A stretch of 64,000 bases of DNA from Candidatus Aenigmatarchaeota archaeon (GCA_046539325.1 JBKHHD010000004.1:25352-89351); one strand, 5' to 3'. Numbered from the stretch's first letter, positions 46,750 to 57,438 are shown. Notes: a model not told the origin generated them from the sequence alone. Numbers and translations are program-made.

Positions 46750-47730
46750 ATGGGCGACGACGAACTGGTTGTCAAGATATCCATAATACTGCTACTGATC
46801 CTTTCGCTTTACATACTGTGGCCCTACGTGTCTGCGCTCCTCTTCGCGATGATACTGGCCTACTTCTGCTACCCGCTCTACGAGAGGCTCCGCGAGAAAA
46901 CCACGGACTTTGCGGCGGGTGCAGGTCTCACGGCGCTCGTGGCGGTTTTAACCATATTCATGGTCAGAGAAGGCACCAGGATCCTCATAAGAGAAGCTCA
47001 AAGGCTTTACAGAAAGCTACCTGAGCTACTGGCGAACTTCGGGAACCTTCAGGAAATAGAGTTCATGGGCTACAGAGTTATACAGGAGGCCTCGGACACG
47101 GCAATGACTAAATTACTGAACTACCTCACAGGTCTGGGGACGAGAATACCACATATTACCTTCTCACTTGTGATATTCTTCATAGGTTTCTTTTACTTCC
47201 TTACACAAGGAGAAAAACTGTACCAATACGTCAGAGACAATCTTCCACTCCACCAGGACAACAAGAAGAGGGTACTTAACAAGGTAAAGCTGAACGTCGA
47301 CGGCTTCATCCGGGCCCAGATACTAGTAGCAGTCACCGAGGGTGTTGTAGGAGGAATCATATTCTATCTACTCGGACATTCTTATCCCGTCTTCTTCGGA
47401 ATAATTATAGGCATACTTTCACTCATTCCCCTCCTTGGGCCTTCCCTCGTCTACTTCCCTGTTGGTATATACGAGATGCTGAAACAGGACTACCTCCTAG
47501 GTGCCGCATACATAATCTCCGGAATCTGTGTTGTAGCCATAGCAGACTACTTCATCAGACCCCGTGTAATGGGAAAAAAAGCAAAGATACATCCTTTTAT
47601 AATCCTCCTGGGATTTGTAGGTGGAATCCACACATTTGGTCCAGGAGGAATAGTTATAGGTCCTGTCCTGCTTTCCCTGGCCGTAATTCTAATAGATGAG
47701 CTCAAAATAAAGGACGGAAAAGAGGGCTAA
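46750..47730 (+). CDS. AI-2E family transporter
   Basis: LAY..YP, IPLLGP, D...RP...G, HP...LLG..GG...FG..G...GP. Confidence 0.93.
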   Translation: MGDDELVVKISIILLLILSLYILWPYVSALLFAMILAYFCYPLYERLREKTTDFAAGAGLTALVAVLTIFMVREGTRILIREAQRLYRKLPELLANFGNLQEIEFMGYRVIQEASDTAMTKLLNYLTGLGTRIPHITFSLVIFFIGFFYFLTQGEKLYQYVRDNLPLHQDNKKRVLNKVKLNVDGFIRAQILVAVTEGVVGGIIFYLLGHSYPVFFGIIIGILSLIPLLGPSLVYFPVGIYEMLKQDYLLGAAYIISGICVVAIADYFIRPRVMGKKAKIHPFIILLGFVGGIHTFGPGGIVIGPVLLSLAVILIDELKIKDGKEG

Positions 47731-49877
47731 TCTCCAAGTATTTCCTGGTCTTCCTGTGTATCCAGCTGCTCCTTTATCTTTTCTCCTGTCTTCGGTCCGA
47801 TCACTTCCTTCAGGCGCGCCGCCGGAGCCGACCTCAGATCAGAGAGGCTTTTGAAGCCAGCCTTCCAGAGCTTCCTTGCCCTGACTCTTCCAACGCCTCT
47901 CAAACGAACAAGGGGGACTAGTTCTTCTCTTACACCGTGCTTCAGACGTGTTCTAAGTTTGCGTACAGGCTTGAGTTTGTCCTTCCTGTTCAGTAGACGT
48001 GCCAGCTCCTGCATCGAATAAAGCAGCCAGTCTCCAAGTTCTTTACGGCTTCTCAGACCCCCGGGCGTTTCACCGTACTCTTCCATAAGCTTGTCTTCTC
48101 CCTTCTCCTTTATCCAGTCCTGGAGCATCAGAGCCGTCTTAACCGCTGAAAGGAAGTTTTCATAACCGAGATCCCAGGGTGATGGCGCGGGCTTCAGAAG
48201 CTCGTTCTCATGTTTCGCGAGTTCCCCCTGTATATTATCGAACTCGCTGTCCTTCATCCGCAAGGTCCTCATCTCACCCGTGCTACAGATAAGCGTAAGA
48301 AGACCAAATGCTGTGTACTGGCGCTCGCTTTCAAGACCAGCAAGAAGCTCGTGGGCTGAATCAGGATCCAAATAAAGTTCAGCAACTCTTTTTCCAACCC
48401 TTGTAGGTTCCAGCCCACCTCTGTCCTGCTTTATGAAGCGCCAGTCCTCGAGTTTCCCTAAAATCCTATCGAGCTTCGATTCGATCTTCTTCATATCGTT
48501 GTACTGATGGTAGAAAAAGGTCTTTGAAAGGAAGTCGTTCAGTGATTCCTTATCTCTAGTTACCCTGGTAGATATCAGAGATAATATATGTGTCCGAAGA
48601 ACTGGCTCAACGGCAAGCTTAGAGTATATTTCCTCCGCTTCGCCCCCTATAAACCTTTCCTTGAGTTCCTCGGCTTGATTCTCATTCTTCCCTATAAGTA
48701 TTGCTTCACCATAGTCGTCGTAGTCAGGTCTGCCTGCCCGGCCGCTCATCTGCTCGTACTCCAGTACAGGTATAAACACCATACCTTTGTCCGGATGATA
48801 CCTCTTCGCGTCACGTATAAGAACTCGGAATGCAGGAAGGTTAACTCCTGCCGCGAGAGTAGGCGTCGCTGAGATCACCTTTATCAGCTTGTCCCGAAAA
48901 GCGTCCTCTATGAGATTTCTCTGGCCGTTTGCAAGGCCGGCGTGATGGAAGGCCGCTCCTGTCCTGACACACTTCGCAAGCCTTTTGCACTGCTTCGTAG
49001 GCTGCGAAGGAACATCCAGTATTTCCTCTGCTAGTTCATCCAACTCCTCCTTCTCGTCTTCGGATAAATGGTACGATATCTCCCCGCCGGTTTTTTCGGC
49101 TATCGACTCGGCATTCCTCCTTGAGGAAGCAAAGATCAAGGCTTGTTTGTTGATATCCAAGGTATGGTCCGAGATAACATGCTCTCCTCTACCGCTTCTA
49201 TCAAAACCAAGGTCTTCCTGCTGCTGGAACTCTACTTTGTTGCCATCGAAGACTCCTTCATGAAGCTCCACGGGTCTGTAGTCAGAGGATACGAGTTCCG
49301 CGTCCAGCCAACCAGCAAGCTCATCTGCATTTGAGATAGTAGCCGAAAGGCCAAGAATTTGCGCATCTGTGATCTGCCTAAGCCTTGTAAGCGTTACTTC
49401 AAGTGTGGGTCCACGTGATTCGTCGTTGAGAAGGTGTATTTCATCCGAAACTACAAGTCCTATATCTTCCACCCAGGAAGGATCGTGCCTGAGAATTGAA
49501 TCCATCTTCTCCGAGGTAGTTATAATCAGGTCGTAGTTTCCGAGGCCGGAAGCAGATGAATCGTAGTCTCCCACGGACACAGCTACGTCCATTCCAAGCT
49601 CCTCGTACTTCTTGAAGTCGTTGTACTTCTCCTGCGCCAAAGCTCGTAGGGGCACGATGTAGACGCATTTCTTGTTTTCTTGCAGTATCCTTTTGAGAAA
49701 GGCAAACTCAGCTATAGCTGTCTTACCTGAGGCCGTTGGGGCAGCAACGACCATTGATTCCTTTTCAAGAAGTCCAGAATCCACCGCCTTCTCCTGCGGA
49801 GGATTAAGCTCCTCTATACCTCTTTCGACGAACTTACCCTTGCTTTTCTCGGGGATATCCAAGTCTTCTACAAGCAT
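47727..49877 (-). CDS. hel308: Ski2-like DNA helicase Hel308
   Basis: APTASGKT, PLRALA.EK, DEIH, LSAT, FHHAGL, TPTLAAGVNLPA, QMSGRAGRP, C-terminal HhH RVRAR. Confidence 0.95.
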   Translation of the reverse strand: MLVEDLDIPEKSKGKFVERGIEELNPPQEKAVDSGLLEKESMVVAAPTASGKTAIAEFAFLKRILQENKKCVYIVPLRALAQEKYNDFKKYEELGMDVAVSVGDYDSSASGLGNYDLIITTSEKMDSILRHDPSWVEDIGLVVSDEIHLLNDESRGPTLEVTLTRLRQITDAQILGLSATISNADELAGWLDAELVSSDYRPVELHEGVFDGNKVEFQQQEDLGFDRSGRGEHVISDHTLDINKQALIFASSRRNAESIAEKTGGEISYHLSEDEKEELDELAEEILDVPSQPTKQCKRLAKCVRTGAAFHHAGLANGQRNLIEDAFRDKLIKVISATPTLAAGVNLPAFRVLIRDAKRYHPDKGMVFIPVLEYEQMSGRAGRPDYDDYGEAILIGKNENQAEELKERFIGGEAEEIYSKLAVEPVLRTHILSLISTRVTRDKESLNDFLSKTFFYHQYNDMKKIESKLDRILGKLEDWRFIKQDRGGLEPTRVGKRVAELYLDPDSAHELLAGLESERQYTAFGLLTLICSTGEMRTLRMKDSEFDNIQGELAKHENELLKPAPSPWDLGYENFLSAVKTALMLQDWIKEKGEDKLMEEYGETPGGLRSRKELGDWLLYSMQELARLLNRKDKLKPVRKLRTRLKHGVREELVPLVRLRGVGRVRARKLWKAGFKSLSDLRSAPAARLKEVIGPKTGEKIKEQLDTQEDQEILGD

Positions 49878-49983
49878 GGGTAAATCATTAGAAATGGATT
49901 CTTTTAAATCAAAACTGTTAAGATGATTCTACTTACAAACCGAGGTCAAAGTATTTTATTAAAGAACAACAATTCTAGATAAT

Positions 49984-50601
49984 ATGAAAGGAAAGTTCAT
50001 CGTGATAGAAGGTATAGATGGCTCCGGGACTACAACCCAAACAAAACTTCTCTGTGAATGGCTTGAGGAAAACAAAAAGGAATACGTGAGAACGCAGGAA
50101 CCGGTCAAGGAAGATCTCCACATAGGCAAGGTCATAAAAGAACATCTCGTCCAGGACGACGACGATCACTCGCCTGAGTCCATAGCTTTGGCTTTCGCCG
50201 CAGACCGCCTGATCCACCTCGAAGACAGGGTTGTTCCAGCACTCGAGGAAGGCAAAACTGTTGTCTCGGACCGTTACTACCATTCCTCCATGGTCTACCA
50301 GCCAGAGCATGGCGCCGACCTGAGTTGGGTGAAGGAGATAAACAAGTACGCTAGGGAGCCTGATGCAACGATAATAGTGGATGTACCGGCAAAGGAGTCG
50401 ATGAAAAGGCAGCAGAAGAGGGATGGTGGAGAAAGTTCAGTTATATTTGAAAACCTCGACTTCCAGAAAAGGATAAGAGAAAGGTATATAGAGCTGGAGG
50501 AAAAGCTCGACGAAGACATCTACATAGTGGATGGAGTAAGGAGCAAGCAAGAGGTTCATGAAGATATAATAGAAGTTGTCGAGGAAGTTTTAGGGAAATA
50601 A
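49984..50601 (+). CDS. tmk: thymidylate kinase
   Basis: IEGIDGSGTTT, EP, FAADR, DRY..SS..YQ, PD. Confidence 0.95.
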   Translation: MKGKFIVIEGIDGSGTTTQTKLLCEWLEENKKEYVRTQEPVKEDLHIGKVIKEHLVQDDDDHSPESIALAFAADRLIHLEDRVVPALEEGKTVVSDRYYHSSMVYQPEHGADLSWVKEINKYAREPDATIIVDVPAKESMKRQQKRDGGESSVIFENLDFQKRIRERYIELEEKLDEDIYIVDGVRSKQEVHEDIIEVVEEVLGK

Positions 50602-50602
50602 C

Positions 50603-51142
50603 TCATTGAACTCCGTCATCACATTTCTCTATATAGTCTGTGGGAATCTCTTCCGAAAGGTATAACTCGTCGTTTGCCTTGTAAAACTTGATTCCATTTT
50701 CCCTTGCCTTCACACAATCTATCTTAAGCAAAACCGGGTCGTCTGTCCTTCTTTCGCCGACCTCTCTTGCTATATCCTTGGCCGAAGAAAGGTGAACCAT
50801 ATTTCTGTCCCTCGCTTCCAATCCATTTAAGAGAATCTTGTATGCAGCCTTGCTTGTAGTTCCATGGTAAAGCTCCTCTACGTCTTCGTCCTCTGGTAGA
50901 TCGATCTCAATGTCCAAAGAATGACCGTAAAGGGCTCTTATCTTATCGTCCTTTATCTCGTATCTCTTCTTACCTTCTTCAACTATGCTTTCAACGAACT
51001 CTCTGTCAATATCAGGAAATCTCTCCTCCAGCTTATCAACAAGATCCTCGATTTCCACAAAGCCGTTTTTATCCATTTCAAGTCCTTCGGGTTCGTGTCT
51101 CAACCAGTAAGACATCTGCTTGCTTACATCAACTTTATCCAT
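50603..51142 (-). CDS. kptA: RNA 2'-phosphotransferase (Tpt1/KptA)
   Basis: SK.MS..LRH, KRY, IRALYGHS, LYHGT, R..VHLS. Confidence 0.95.
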   Translation of the reverse strand: MDKVDVSKQMSYWLRHEPEGLEMDKNGFVEIEDLVDKLEERFPDIDREFVESIVEEGKKRYEIKDDKIRALYGHSLDIEIDLPEDEDVEELYHGTTSKAAYKILLNGLEARDRNMVHLSSAKDIAREVGERRTDDPVLLKIDCVKARENGIKFYKANDELYLSEEIPTDYIEKCDDGVQ

Positions 51143-51146
51143 AATA

Positions 51147-51554
51147 TCATTCCATTTTTACAGTTTCCCATACGATCTTTCCTTCCTCCACAGCTTCCTT
51201 GATCTTTCTCTGAACTGAACTAAGCTTACTTTGCCCCGTTTTTACATCTGCAAGCACTACTTTTATATCTTCCGATTCCTCGCTAATACCATCAAATATA
51301 ACATAATCGACGGGCGAGCCCAAAAAACGTGCGTCCGAAGCTTTGTAGTCGAACTCTTGTGTAAAGGGCGCAAGGTGCTCGGAAATCTTCCCCTTCAACG
51401 TCGACCTGCTTCTCTCCAGAGCGTCCCTTCTTATCTCATCCTCCCTTTCCTCGACCCTTTTCTCCACTTCGTGCCGAAGCTTCCATCGAAGATAAAGAAC
51501 ATAGAGAAAAAACGCAGAGGCTACAAAAGAAAGTAAAATTACAATATAGTTCAT
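51147..51554 (-). CDS. Holliday junction resolvase-like endonuclease with N-terminal TM (COG4741-like)
   Basis: SRSTLKGKISEHLAP, DARFLGSPVDYVIFDG, DVKTG. Confidence 0.88.
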   Translation of the reverse strand: MNYIVILLSFVASAFFLYVLYLRWKLRHEVEKRVEEREDEIRRDALERSRSTLKGKISEHLAPFTQEFDYKASDARFLGSPVDYVIFDGISEESEDIKVVLADVKTGQSKLSSVQRKIKEAVEEGKIVWETVKME

Positions 51555-51558
51555 GGTC

Positions 51559-53535
51559 TCATCCTACAACGATTCCTCCTCCGGGAGGTATCAGAGGCTT
51601 TACGTTTTCCTTTCTGATCTTCTTGACGAACTTTCTGTCCTCGGGCGCAGCCTTCTGCGTAAGTTTGCTTATAACCTCCCGGGCCAGTTCATCCTTCGCC
51701 ACGTTTCCAGGATTCAACGAAACAAAGTAGTCAGCTTTGTTTCTGACTGACTGGGTGGAGCCGTTGAAAACTCTTATCTCGTTTTCCTTTCTATCAAGTT
51801 TGACGCCTATGGATATCTTAAGCTCCGTCCTCTTGAGGTATTTCTTCTCACCTTTTATCATGAAGGACCCTTTTCCTATATACTCTCCTGAAGGAGCATC
51901 CTTGCTGACCTGTTCAGGCCTGACCCAGTATACGTCCACGCTTCCTAGACCTCTCTTCCAGGCCTTCGAAAAGGAGGCACAGAACTCCGAAGCTTCTCTG
52001 ATAGCAAGAGGTGTTACGTCCTTGTCCTTCGTCTTTATAATGGTGAACGGCGACCCCTCGATCTCAGCATGTAAAATAACATCGTCCTTGTCAACCTTAT
52101 CCTTCACAAGCTCCTCGTTCTGGCTTGCGCTCTTACCGGCAACCACAAGAAAGTCTTCGGATGTCTTAAACCATCTGTACTTTTTATACCAACCATTCTC
52201 CCCTTCCTTGACCTTGATCTTTTCCTCTGGTTTTGACCTCTTCTTGTTTTCGGCGTAATCCTCCTTATCCTTTTGCTTTATAGACCTTTCCTTCTGTATG
52301 ATTTCCTTCTTCTTTTCCTTTATCTTTTCTATCTTATCTCTCGCTTTCTTCTTGCTCTCGTAGAAGGACTCGGCATTCTCCTCAACAGACTTCCTGAAGT
52401 TAAGCTCTATCTCCTTATCATCGACCTCCACTACAACCACGCCTTCACCTTCCCTTATCTCCTTCACAGCTCTCGCCTGGGGCGTATCCTCCTGGTCAAT
52501 CCTCTCCTTGACCTCGCTCCAAGAGACGTCCGAGTTCATTGCCTTCTGTATCCCGCTGAGGATATCATCCACAAGGCTGTAGTTCTCGTATATTATGTTA
52601 GCTTTCTCCTCGGACTCCTTCTTCTTCTCGCTCATCTCCTCCTCGACCTCCTCCTGCTCCTCCTTTATCCTCTGGACCTTTGATAGTTTCTCCTCCTTTT
52701 TCTCTTCGGCTTCCTTTTCGACTTCCTCCTTCTCCTTCTCTGAGAAAAAGTCATCAAGAGCCCTGTTAAAGGTCTCATACCTCTCGTATCCTTTGTCCTC
52801 AAATTTACTCAATGGAAAAGGAACTGCAGCCAGCTTCTTGTTTCCTCCCTTGACTATGCCTGGATCCGTTTCCTCTTTGAACAGGGACATAACGCTTCTT
52901 CTCAGTTTGTTTATCTCTGCGTCATCCAGCTCTTCGCCTAGTTTGGACTTGTCGATGCCTGCTTTAAAGCAAGCCTCCTCGGCCCATCTACCACCTAGGT
53001 TCAGATCCCTTGCAATCTTCCTGACAACCTCCCTATCGGTATCTATAAACCTCCCGAACTCCCGGCTTCCAAGCTTCCTTGGATCCTTTCCAGCAGGTGG
53101 ATACTTATAGATCTCTCCCTTTGCAACCTTCCTCTCGCTCCACTTCTGAACCTCCAGAGGCTGGACAATTTTACCATCCCTATCCAACAAGATGAAGTTA
53201 CCCTTACCGAAGAGCTCACATACAAGGATAGAACCTTCGGTGTGTATCTCAACTATCCTATCGAACTTGTGTTGTTTGACTTCCCTTATAGTCTCGTTGC
53301 GGAGATGCTTCCTGAGAAACATGCAGAAGTTAGGCGGCTTTCTTGGTCCTTTCCTATCATAGCGCGAAATGTATATCTTACCAGGCTCGAGGATAAGGTC
53401 GTAGCTGTCACCCTTAGCGTAGACGTCGATGCGCAGCCTCCTGTCCCTCTGATAGATCTTCTGTATCTTGCCGCCCTGAAGGCTCTTCAACTCCTCCACA
53501 GCGTAGTAGACGTCAAGGGAGTTCATTTCCTCCAT
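51559..53535 (-). CDS. rqcH: ribosome quality-control protein RqcH (NFACT/Rqc2 family)
   Basis: F.M.LRK.L, FDR, ELFG.GN, WY.KYRWF, G..A.QNE, QVSK.A.SGEY..KG.F; first ATG 53535. Confidence 0.92.
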   Translation of the reverse strand: MEEMNSLDVYYAVEELKSLQGGKIQKIYQRDRRLRIDVYAKGDSYDLILEPGKIYISRYDRKGPRKPPNFCMFLRKHLRNETIREVKQHKFDRIVEIHTEGSILVCELFGKGNFILLDRDGKIVQPLEVQKWSERKVAKGEIYKYPPAGKDPRKLGSREFGRFIDTDREVVRKIARDLNLGGRWAEEACFKAGIDKSKLGEELDDAEINKLRRSVMSLFKEETDPGIVKGGNKKLAAVPFPLSKFEDKGYERYETFNRALDDFFSEKEKEEVEKEAEEKKEEKLSKVQRIKEEQEEVEEEMSEKKKESEEKANIIYENYSLVDDILSGIQKAMNSDVSWSEVKERIDQEDTPQARAVKEIREGEGVVVVEVDDKEIELNFRKSVEENAESFYESKKKARDKIEKIKEKKKEIIQKERSIKQKDKEDYAENKKRSKPEEKIKVKEGENGWYKKYRWFKTSEDFLVVAGKSASQNEELVKDKVDKDDVILHAEIEGSPFTIIKTKDKDVTPLAIREASEFCASFSKAWKRGLGSVDVYWVRPEQVSKDAPSGEYIGKGSFMIKGEKKYLKRTELKISIGVKLDRKENEIRVFNGSTQSVRNKADYFVSLNPGNVAKDELAREVISKLTQKAAPEDRKFVKKIRKENVKPLIPPGGGIVVG

Positions 53536-53593
53536 AGTAAATCCTATCCATAGTTTCAGCGTCAGGATTAAAAAGTTTGACAGGCTCGAACAG

Positions 53594-54121
53594 CTAGGCC
53601 CCCTCAAGGAATTCCTCTGATTCCTCACCCAGCGTCTCCTCCAGTTTCTCCTCCAACTCCTTCCTCTCTTCTATACCGAAGTAGTTCTTGAACTCGTCCG
53701 TGATCTCCAACGTCTTCGTTCGCTTATGCTTTTCTGTCCTTATCAGTTGTTTCCTCTCCAGATCTTTGATGTAAGAATAGGCACGGTTTCCTATAATCTT
53801 GGCTATGTTCGACTGCTTTATAGGTCCCCTGAAAGCGACGAGAGCGAGAACTTTAAGCTGGCCACGGGAGAGATCGGAGTAAGGCGTGAGATGCGAGACT
53901 TCGTCCAGATGCTCAGGTTTTACTCTCAGTTCGTAGCCTTCTGCTGACTGGAATAGTTCAATTCCATGGCTTTCATCGGAAAACTTTTTCCTTATGTTCT
54001 CCAATGAATTATTCACTTCCTTCTTATCAGCTTCTGAAACCTTTTTCAGCTTTTGAGCTGTCAACGGCTCCGAGGAGATAAACATAGCAGCCTCGATTAC
54101 GGCTTCTGTTTCCTCACTCAT
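53594..54121 (-). CDS. scpB: segregation and condensation protein B
   Basis: IEAAMF...PL, GY.L, LALVAF..PI, F..YFG. Confidence 0.92.
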   Translation of the reverse strand: MSEETEAVIEAAMFISSEPLTAQKLKKVSEADKKEVNNSLENIRKKFSDESHGIELFQSAEGYELRVKPEHLDEVSHLTPYSDLSRGQLKVLALVAFRGPIKQSNIAKIIGNRAYSYIKDLERKQLIRTEKHKRTKTLEITDEFKNYFGIEERKELEEKLEETLGEESEEFLEGA

Positions 54122-54815
54122 CTGTATCACCGATCCTGATAACTATATCCTTAAAGTAGTCATCCTGCTCTGCCTCGACCCTACCTTCCTGGTTTAGACG
54201 TAGTAGAGGCGAGAAGTTTCTCACTACTTCTTCCCTGCTCCATTCAGGCAAAAGATCTGAAAAGGTGGTCTTTCCTTCCTTCATATTTTCAAGTATATTG
54301 TCTATCTTTGAATAAAGTTTTTCTATTCTCTCCTCTATATCCTCCTTCTGGCCATCTATGGGCATCGCTTCCTTGACCCTTTTCTCTTTCCTGCTCTTCC
54401 TCTTCTCTCTCCTCTCCTTCGTATCAAAGGCCTTTTTGAAGGCTTCGATAAGTTCATCGGCTGTAGCTTTTCTCACAGGCTTCCTTTTCTTCGGTGCCTC
54501 CAAATGCGGTATATCGGAAACATCTATGTCCAGTTCCTCTATGTCCACCTCTTCCGCCTCTTTCTTCTCTTCCTTCTCCTCCCACATAAGGAGTTCCACC
54601 TTGATACGGAGCAAGATGGCCATGACAATTACGACTCTCGCAGGGACAGTAAAGTTGAACTTCTGCCATTTCTCCACGAACTTGGAGAACGCATTGGCCA
54701 GCTCCACGAGATCTATATCCCATGGATCTATACCCTCCTGGGAAATTATCCAGTCCAGAGTCTCTTCCCAGTTCGGCTCAGTCCTCGCAAAGTCCAGAAT
54801 CTCCTGCTCCTTCAT
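54114..54815 (-). CDS. scpA: segregation and condensation protein A (kleisin)
   Basis: IDPWDIDL, AILLRIK, F..LL.L..EG.V...Q...F.DI. Confidence 0.92.
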   Translation of the reverse strand: MKEQEILDFARTEPNWEETLDWIISQEGIDPWDIDLVELANAFSKFVEKWQKFNFTVPARVVIVMAILLRIKVELLMWEEKEEKKEAEEVDIEELDIDVSDIPHLEAPKKRKPVRKATADELIEAFKKAFDTKERREKRKSRKEKRVKEAMPIDGQKEDIEERIEKLYSKIDNILENMKEGKTTFSDLLPEWSREEVVRNFSPLLRLNQEGRVEAEQDDYFKDIVIRIGDTDE

Positions 54816-54856
54816 ACAGCAAAGAATTAGCTTCCGAAGCTTAAAACTTTTCGACT

Positions 54857-57373
54857 TTATTCCTCTGGCATCTCCAGAGCCATAACTTCTGAGGCACCTT
54901 CCTCCATAGAAACGCCGTAGACGTAGTCCGCCTTCTGCAAGGTCTGATCGTTATGAGTTATTACTAAGAACTGAGCGTCAGTGGAGTGCTTGTCTATCAT
55001 CTCTGCAACCTTCTTCGAGTTCTTGTTGTCCAGAGCAGCATCTATCTCGTCAAGAATGTAAAAAGGCGCTGGGTCATAAAGCTGCACTGCAAAGAGAAAC
55101 GCTATAGCTGTCAGTGACTTCTCTCCACCGGACATGGAGTCCAGCGAAAGCCTGTTGCCGCCTGAGGTCTCGGCCTCAATTATCAATCCTGACTTTATGT
55201 CGTCCTCGTCCTCCAGCTCAATAGTTGCTTCGTGCCCCTGAAGTTCGTTGAACAGCTTCTGGAAATGTTCGTTTATCTCCTCAAGAGCTTCCATAAACGT
55301 ATCCCTTCTCCTCTGCTCTATCGATTCTATAGTTTCTTCGATGGCTTCCTTCTCCTCCTGGATACTGTTTATCCTCTCCTTCAGATCCTCGTAAACCTGT
55401 TTCGCAGACTTGTACTCTTCCTTTGCTTTGAAGTTCACAGGACCTATCTCCTCTAGATCCCTTGTAAGATCCTTCTTCTCCTCCTTGAGTACCTTTACGG
55501 ATTCATCCTCCACATCGATATCTTCCACGTCCTCATGCTCCTCCAACTCTGTCTCTGCATTGTCGAACTTCGCATCTATCTTTGCCTTTTTCACCTTAAG
55601 ATTGTTCAACTTCTCCTTGACCTTCACTTTCTCCTCGTAATACTCCTTCCTCTCAGTTTTCAGCTCATCTATTTCCTCTTCGATCTCTTCCTCCTTCTCC
55701 TCCAGCTCCGTAAGCTCGTCCTCCTCCGTTTCCTCCTCGTCCCTCAGCTCATCCAGCTTCCTTGAACACTCAGCAATCTCTTCTCTTATACCTTCGATCT
55801 CGTCCTCAAGAATCTCCTTCTCCTCCTTCAGGTTCTCTATCTCCGAGCTCTTGCTGCTCTTGAAAGAACCGAAGCTGCTGCTTGACCCGTAGTGCCCACC
55901 TTTCATGGCTCCGGACTTGTATACGATCTCACCGTCCAAGGTTACAACTCTGGCGTCACCTGCATACTTCTTCGCAACGTCCAAGCTTTCGGCCACCAAT
56001 GTATCCTTGAACACGTACTGGAAGGCAAGCTCGTAGTCGGAATCGTAGTCTATAAGGTTTATAGCAAAATCTATAACTCCTTTCTCATCCTTTATCTTCC
56101 TTGCCTCTCTGCTCTTGTTCCACGGTCTTAGCTTCCTGAGAGGTAGAAATGTGGCTCTACCTACTGCGTTTTCCTTGAGGTATTCTATACATTCCTGAGC
56201 TACATCCGCGTCCTCGACAACAACCGAGTTCATATTCCCTCCAGCAGCCACCTGAAGAGCCTTCTGATACTTCTCCTTTACGTTTCCCAAGGACTGTATA
56301 ACTCCGTGCACGCCTTCCTTGTCCAGCCGCAAGATCTCCTTTGCAGGACCTTTACCTGAGATCCTCTGCTGCTTCTCCTGCATCTTTTTGAAATCTTCTA
56401 TGGAGCTCTTGATTCTCTCTATCTCGCTCCTCTTGTCCTCTATCTTGTCCTTTTTGTTCTCTATCTCGCTCTTTATGGACTCTATCTCCCTGACGAGATC
56501 CTTGTCCTTCTTCTCCTCGCGCATCTTCTTCCTAAGCTCTTTGAGCTCTTCTTCCTTCTCCTCCATCTTCTCTTCCAGTTCCTCCTGCTTGCCTTCCGCC
56601 TCCTCTAGCTTCTCCTCCAGTTCTTCAAGTTTCTCCTCCTTTTCCTCCTTCTCTTCCTTGTGTTTCTCATACTTCAACTTGGCTATCTTCTTTCTAATCT
56701 CATCCAGTCTGTTCTCTATGCGCTCCCTCTTCTCCACAAGCTTCTTCTCCTTCTCCAGCTTGTCCAGAGCCTTCTTCTTCTCCCCAAGAACTAGCCTGGC
56801 TTCTTTCAGCTTGTTCTCTACCTTTTCCAGCTCCCTTTCCGAGTCCTCCTTTTTCCTATCGAACTCCTCAATACCCGAGGCCTCATCGATTATCTCCCTT
56901 CTCTCCGTGGAACTCATCTCTATGAAGTTGGTTATAGATCCCTGCATTATGATGTTGTGGCCGTCTGAACGTATTTTCGCAGAGGAGAGCGTATCTATTA
57001 TTTTTCTACGTGTGACTGTTTCTCCATTCATCCGGTAGATGCTGTTGCCTCTTTTGTTTATCTTTCTGGTTATCTTTACCTCATCTCTGTCCACGGGAAT
57101 ATCACCGTCCTCGTTGTCAAACACAAGAGAAACCTTGGCCTCCTCCCTCGCCTCCTTCCCATCACTTCCGGAAAATATAAGCTCCTCGAGCTTCCCGGCT
57201 CTTATCTGCTTCGTGGACAAGGTACCTAGAACGAAGGTTATAGCGTCGATTATATTTGATTTACCGCTGCCGTTGGGGCCGCATATACAGTTGAAGCCGG
57301 AGGGAATAGGAATTTCAGTCTTCGTCGCAAAGCTCTTGAAGCCCTGCATCTCCAGCTTCTTTATCTTTACCAT
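54857..57373 (-). CDS. smc: chromosome segregation protein Smc (short, 838 aa)
   Basis: GFKSF, GPNGSGKSN, hinge (GRATFLPL, VTLDGE, SGAMKGG), GPVN..A, MSGGE, LDEIDAALD. Confidence 0.93.
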   Translation of the reverse strand: MVKIKKLEMQGFKSFATKTEIPIPSGFNCICGPNGSGKSNIIDAITFVLGTLSTKQIRAGKLEELIFSGSDGKEAREEAKVSLVFDNEDGDIPVDRDEVKITRKINKRGNSIYRMNGETVTRRKIIDTLSSAKIRSDGHNIIMQGSITNFIEMSSTERREIIDEASGIEEFDRKKEDSERELEKVENKLKEARLVLGEKKKALDKLEKEKKLVEKRERIENRLDEIRKKIAKLKYEKHKEEKEEKEEKLEELEEKLEEAEGKQEELEEKMEEKEEELKELRKKMREEKKDKDLVREIESIKSEIENKKDKIEDKRSEIERIKSSIEDFKKMQEKQQRISGKGPAKEILRLDKEGVHGVIQSLGNVKEKYQKALQVAAGGNMNSVVVEDADVAQECIEYLKENAVGRATFLPLRKLRPWNKSREARKIKDEKGVIDFAINLIDYDSDYELAFQYVFKDTLVAESLDVAKKYAGDARVVTLDGEIVYKSGAMKGGHYGSSSSFGSFKSSKSSEIENLKEEKEILEDEIEGIREEIAECSRKLDELRDEEETEEDELTELEEKEEEIEEEIDELKTERKEYYEEKVKVKEKLNNLKVKKAKIDAKFDNAETELEEHEDVEDIDVEDESVKVLKEEKKDLTRDLEEIGPVNFKAKEEYKSAKQVYEDLKERINSIQEEKEAIEETIESIEQRRRDTFMEALEEINEHFQKLFNELQGHEATIELEDEDDIKSGLIIEAETSGGNRLSLDSMSGGEKSLTAIAFLFAVQLYDPAPFYILDEIDAALDNKNSKKVAEMIDKHSTDAQFLVITHNDQTLQKADYVYGVSMEEGASEVMALEMPEE

Positions 57374-57438
57374 CTTAACACTCTACCTACAAGTATAATT
57401 TCACATAGGCCTTAAAATTATTTTCAGGTACAGGAAAA

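Noticed and set aside
56319-57038. Long Ser/Phe-rich antisense ORFs (also 3869, 36897, 52595, 54358 and others)
   Set aside because: Shadows of Glu/Lys-rich (GAR/AAR) genes on the opposite strand
50603-57373. Single operon functionally linking smc-scpAB to rqcH and kptA
   Set aside because: With corrected starts, AT-rich gaps containing TATA-like boxes separate smc/scpA and scpB/rqcH; co-orientation alone is weak evidence
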